This document shows positions 62,943-64,000 of a stretch of DNA of 64,000 nt, in pieces (positions within the stretch are counted from its first letter, which is position 1; each line of letters starts with the position of its first letter). This DNA comes from Ignavibacteriota bacterium (GTDB taxonomy: Bacteria > Bacteroidota > Ignavibacteria > UBA10030). The notes below the pieces were generated by a model. It had not been told where the DNA came from, did no database searches, and worked only from the letters and a program-made list of their open reading frames with translations. A program made the position numbers and the translations under genes. Where the stretch lies: contig CAVSHO010000010.1 of assembly GCA_963727825.1 (NCBI GenBank), forward strand, positions 96,001 to 160,000, read 5' to 3'.

Positions 62943-64000
62943 ATGAAAAATATAATTACTGCTTTTATAATTACTATTTTTTTTACTCCGGCAGTATATC
63001 CGCAAAATTATTCAGATGAACCAGATTCGACTTACCTCGAATGTTCTCATGGAGGATTTGGTCTTGTCTATCAAAACAACGGCATTTACTTCGGCAATTC
63101 CCAAAATAATAACGGTATCAGGTTCAATTTTATTGATTGCGGAATTGAAAATATAAATGGGATAAATATTACTCTCTGGAAGCCGCAGCCAAATCCAGGC
63201 TCAGAAATAAATGGCATTGCTTTGGGCTTGATGCCTAGTGCCGGTGACATGAACGGCCTTTCTATCGGCCTGGGGGCAGTTATTGCAGAAAGAAGCATGA
63301 ATGGATTAAACCTTGGAATTTTGGCAAATGTATCTAAGGGAGAAATAAACGGACTAAATATTTCTGGGCTTGCATCTGTCGGGGGAAAGGATATTTCCGG
63401 GATTAACCTTGGCGGCCTTGCACTTGTTTCGAAAAGGAATTTAAAAGGCATAAACATTGGCGGATTAGCCTCGGTGGCACAAGGCGAAATATTAGGAATT
63501 AATTTTGGAACGATTGCCCTTGTATCACAAAAAAATATTTACGGGGTCAATATAGGAGGACTTGCATCGGTTGCACAGAAGAATATTTATGGATTAAATT
63601 TTGGAGGATTAGCTTTGGTTGCACAGAAAGATATTTACGGAATAAATTCTGCAGGGCTGGCAATCGTTTCTCAGCAGGAAATAACCGGAATAAATGTAGC
63701 GGGACTTGCACTTGTCGCACAAGAGGGAATAACGGGGATAAATTTCGGTGGAATTGCCATTGTTGGAGGCAAGAAAGAATTGACCGGGTTAAATTTTACT
63801 ATCGGAAAATTGTATGCCGGAACCGCTGTTACAGGACTTAACATTGCAGGTTATAATGTAGAAACATCTAACCTTACCGGGATTAATGTTATTGCCGGCT
63901 GGGTGAAGACTGATAACTTAACCGGTTTATCAATATCATCTTTTCACAAGATAGCGGGATTGCAACAGGGACTAGTTATTGGAATAGTAAATATTGCCGA
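62943..64000 (+). CDS. exported glycine-rich repeat protein (LA_2272-like), runs off the window edge
   Basis: Absent from the ORF track because it has no stop in the window. MKNIITAFIITIFFTPAVYPQ signal peptide, then ~10 copies of a 16-aa unit such as GINIGGLASVAQGEIL. Confidence 0.82.
   Translation, partial: MKNIITAFIITIFFTPAVYPQNYSDEPDSTYLECSHGGFGLVYQNNGIYFGNSQNNNGIRFNFIDCGIENINGINITLWKPQPNPGSEINGIALGLMPSAGDMNGLSIGLGAVIAERSMNGLNLGILANVSKGEINGLNISGLASVGGKDISGINLGGLALVSKRNLKGINIGGLASVAQGEILGINFGTIALVSQKNIYGVNIGGLASVAQKNIYGLNFGGLALVAQKDIYGINSAGLAIVSQQEITGINVAGLALVAQEGITGINFGGIAIVGGKKELTGLNFTIGKLYAGTAVTGLNIAGYNVETSNLTGINVIAGWVKTDNLTGLSISSFHKIAGLQQGLVIGIVNIA

Noticed and set aside
1-64000. CRISPR array, rRNA, IS transposase, integrase or prophage genes
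   Set aside because: None recognised; the only regular repeat is the coding 48-bp unit at the window end.

Overview
AT-rich bacterial chromosomal window. Gene content suggests the Ignavibacteria/Chlorobi branch of the FCB group (T9SS-type C-terminal sorting domain, PUR/DUF3276-like protein, AGGAG ribosome-binding sites); this assignment is inference. Most of the window is housekeeping: a 2-oxoacid dehydrogenase/lipB/lpdA cluster, smpB-tyrS-pdaD, cysE, three hybrid histidine kinases, dapD-rfbD-serS, an ABC exporter pair, tilS-hpt-ftsH, groESL with a perfect CIRCE, tRNA-Arg(UCU) and an ECF sigma/anti-sigma pair. Accessory parts are a ~12.5 kb pectin-degradation cluster and a small defence islet (type IIG/ISP-like R-M gene plus a HigBA-SecB toxin-antitoxin-chaperone module). 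The best non-obvious observations are: a candidate Cys-codon leader-peptide attenuator upstream of cysE; two in-frame palindromic insertions inside the R-M gene; a two-repeat PUR protein; a partner-less HerA ATPase behind two sensor kinases; back-to-back ECF promoters; a duplicated tRNA 5' half; a decayed integron-cassette-like gene; and cysK and GH43 remnants. Six single-base frameshifts, including one that creates an apparent FtsH fusion, look like sequencing errors.
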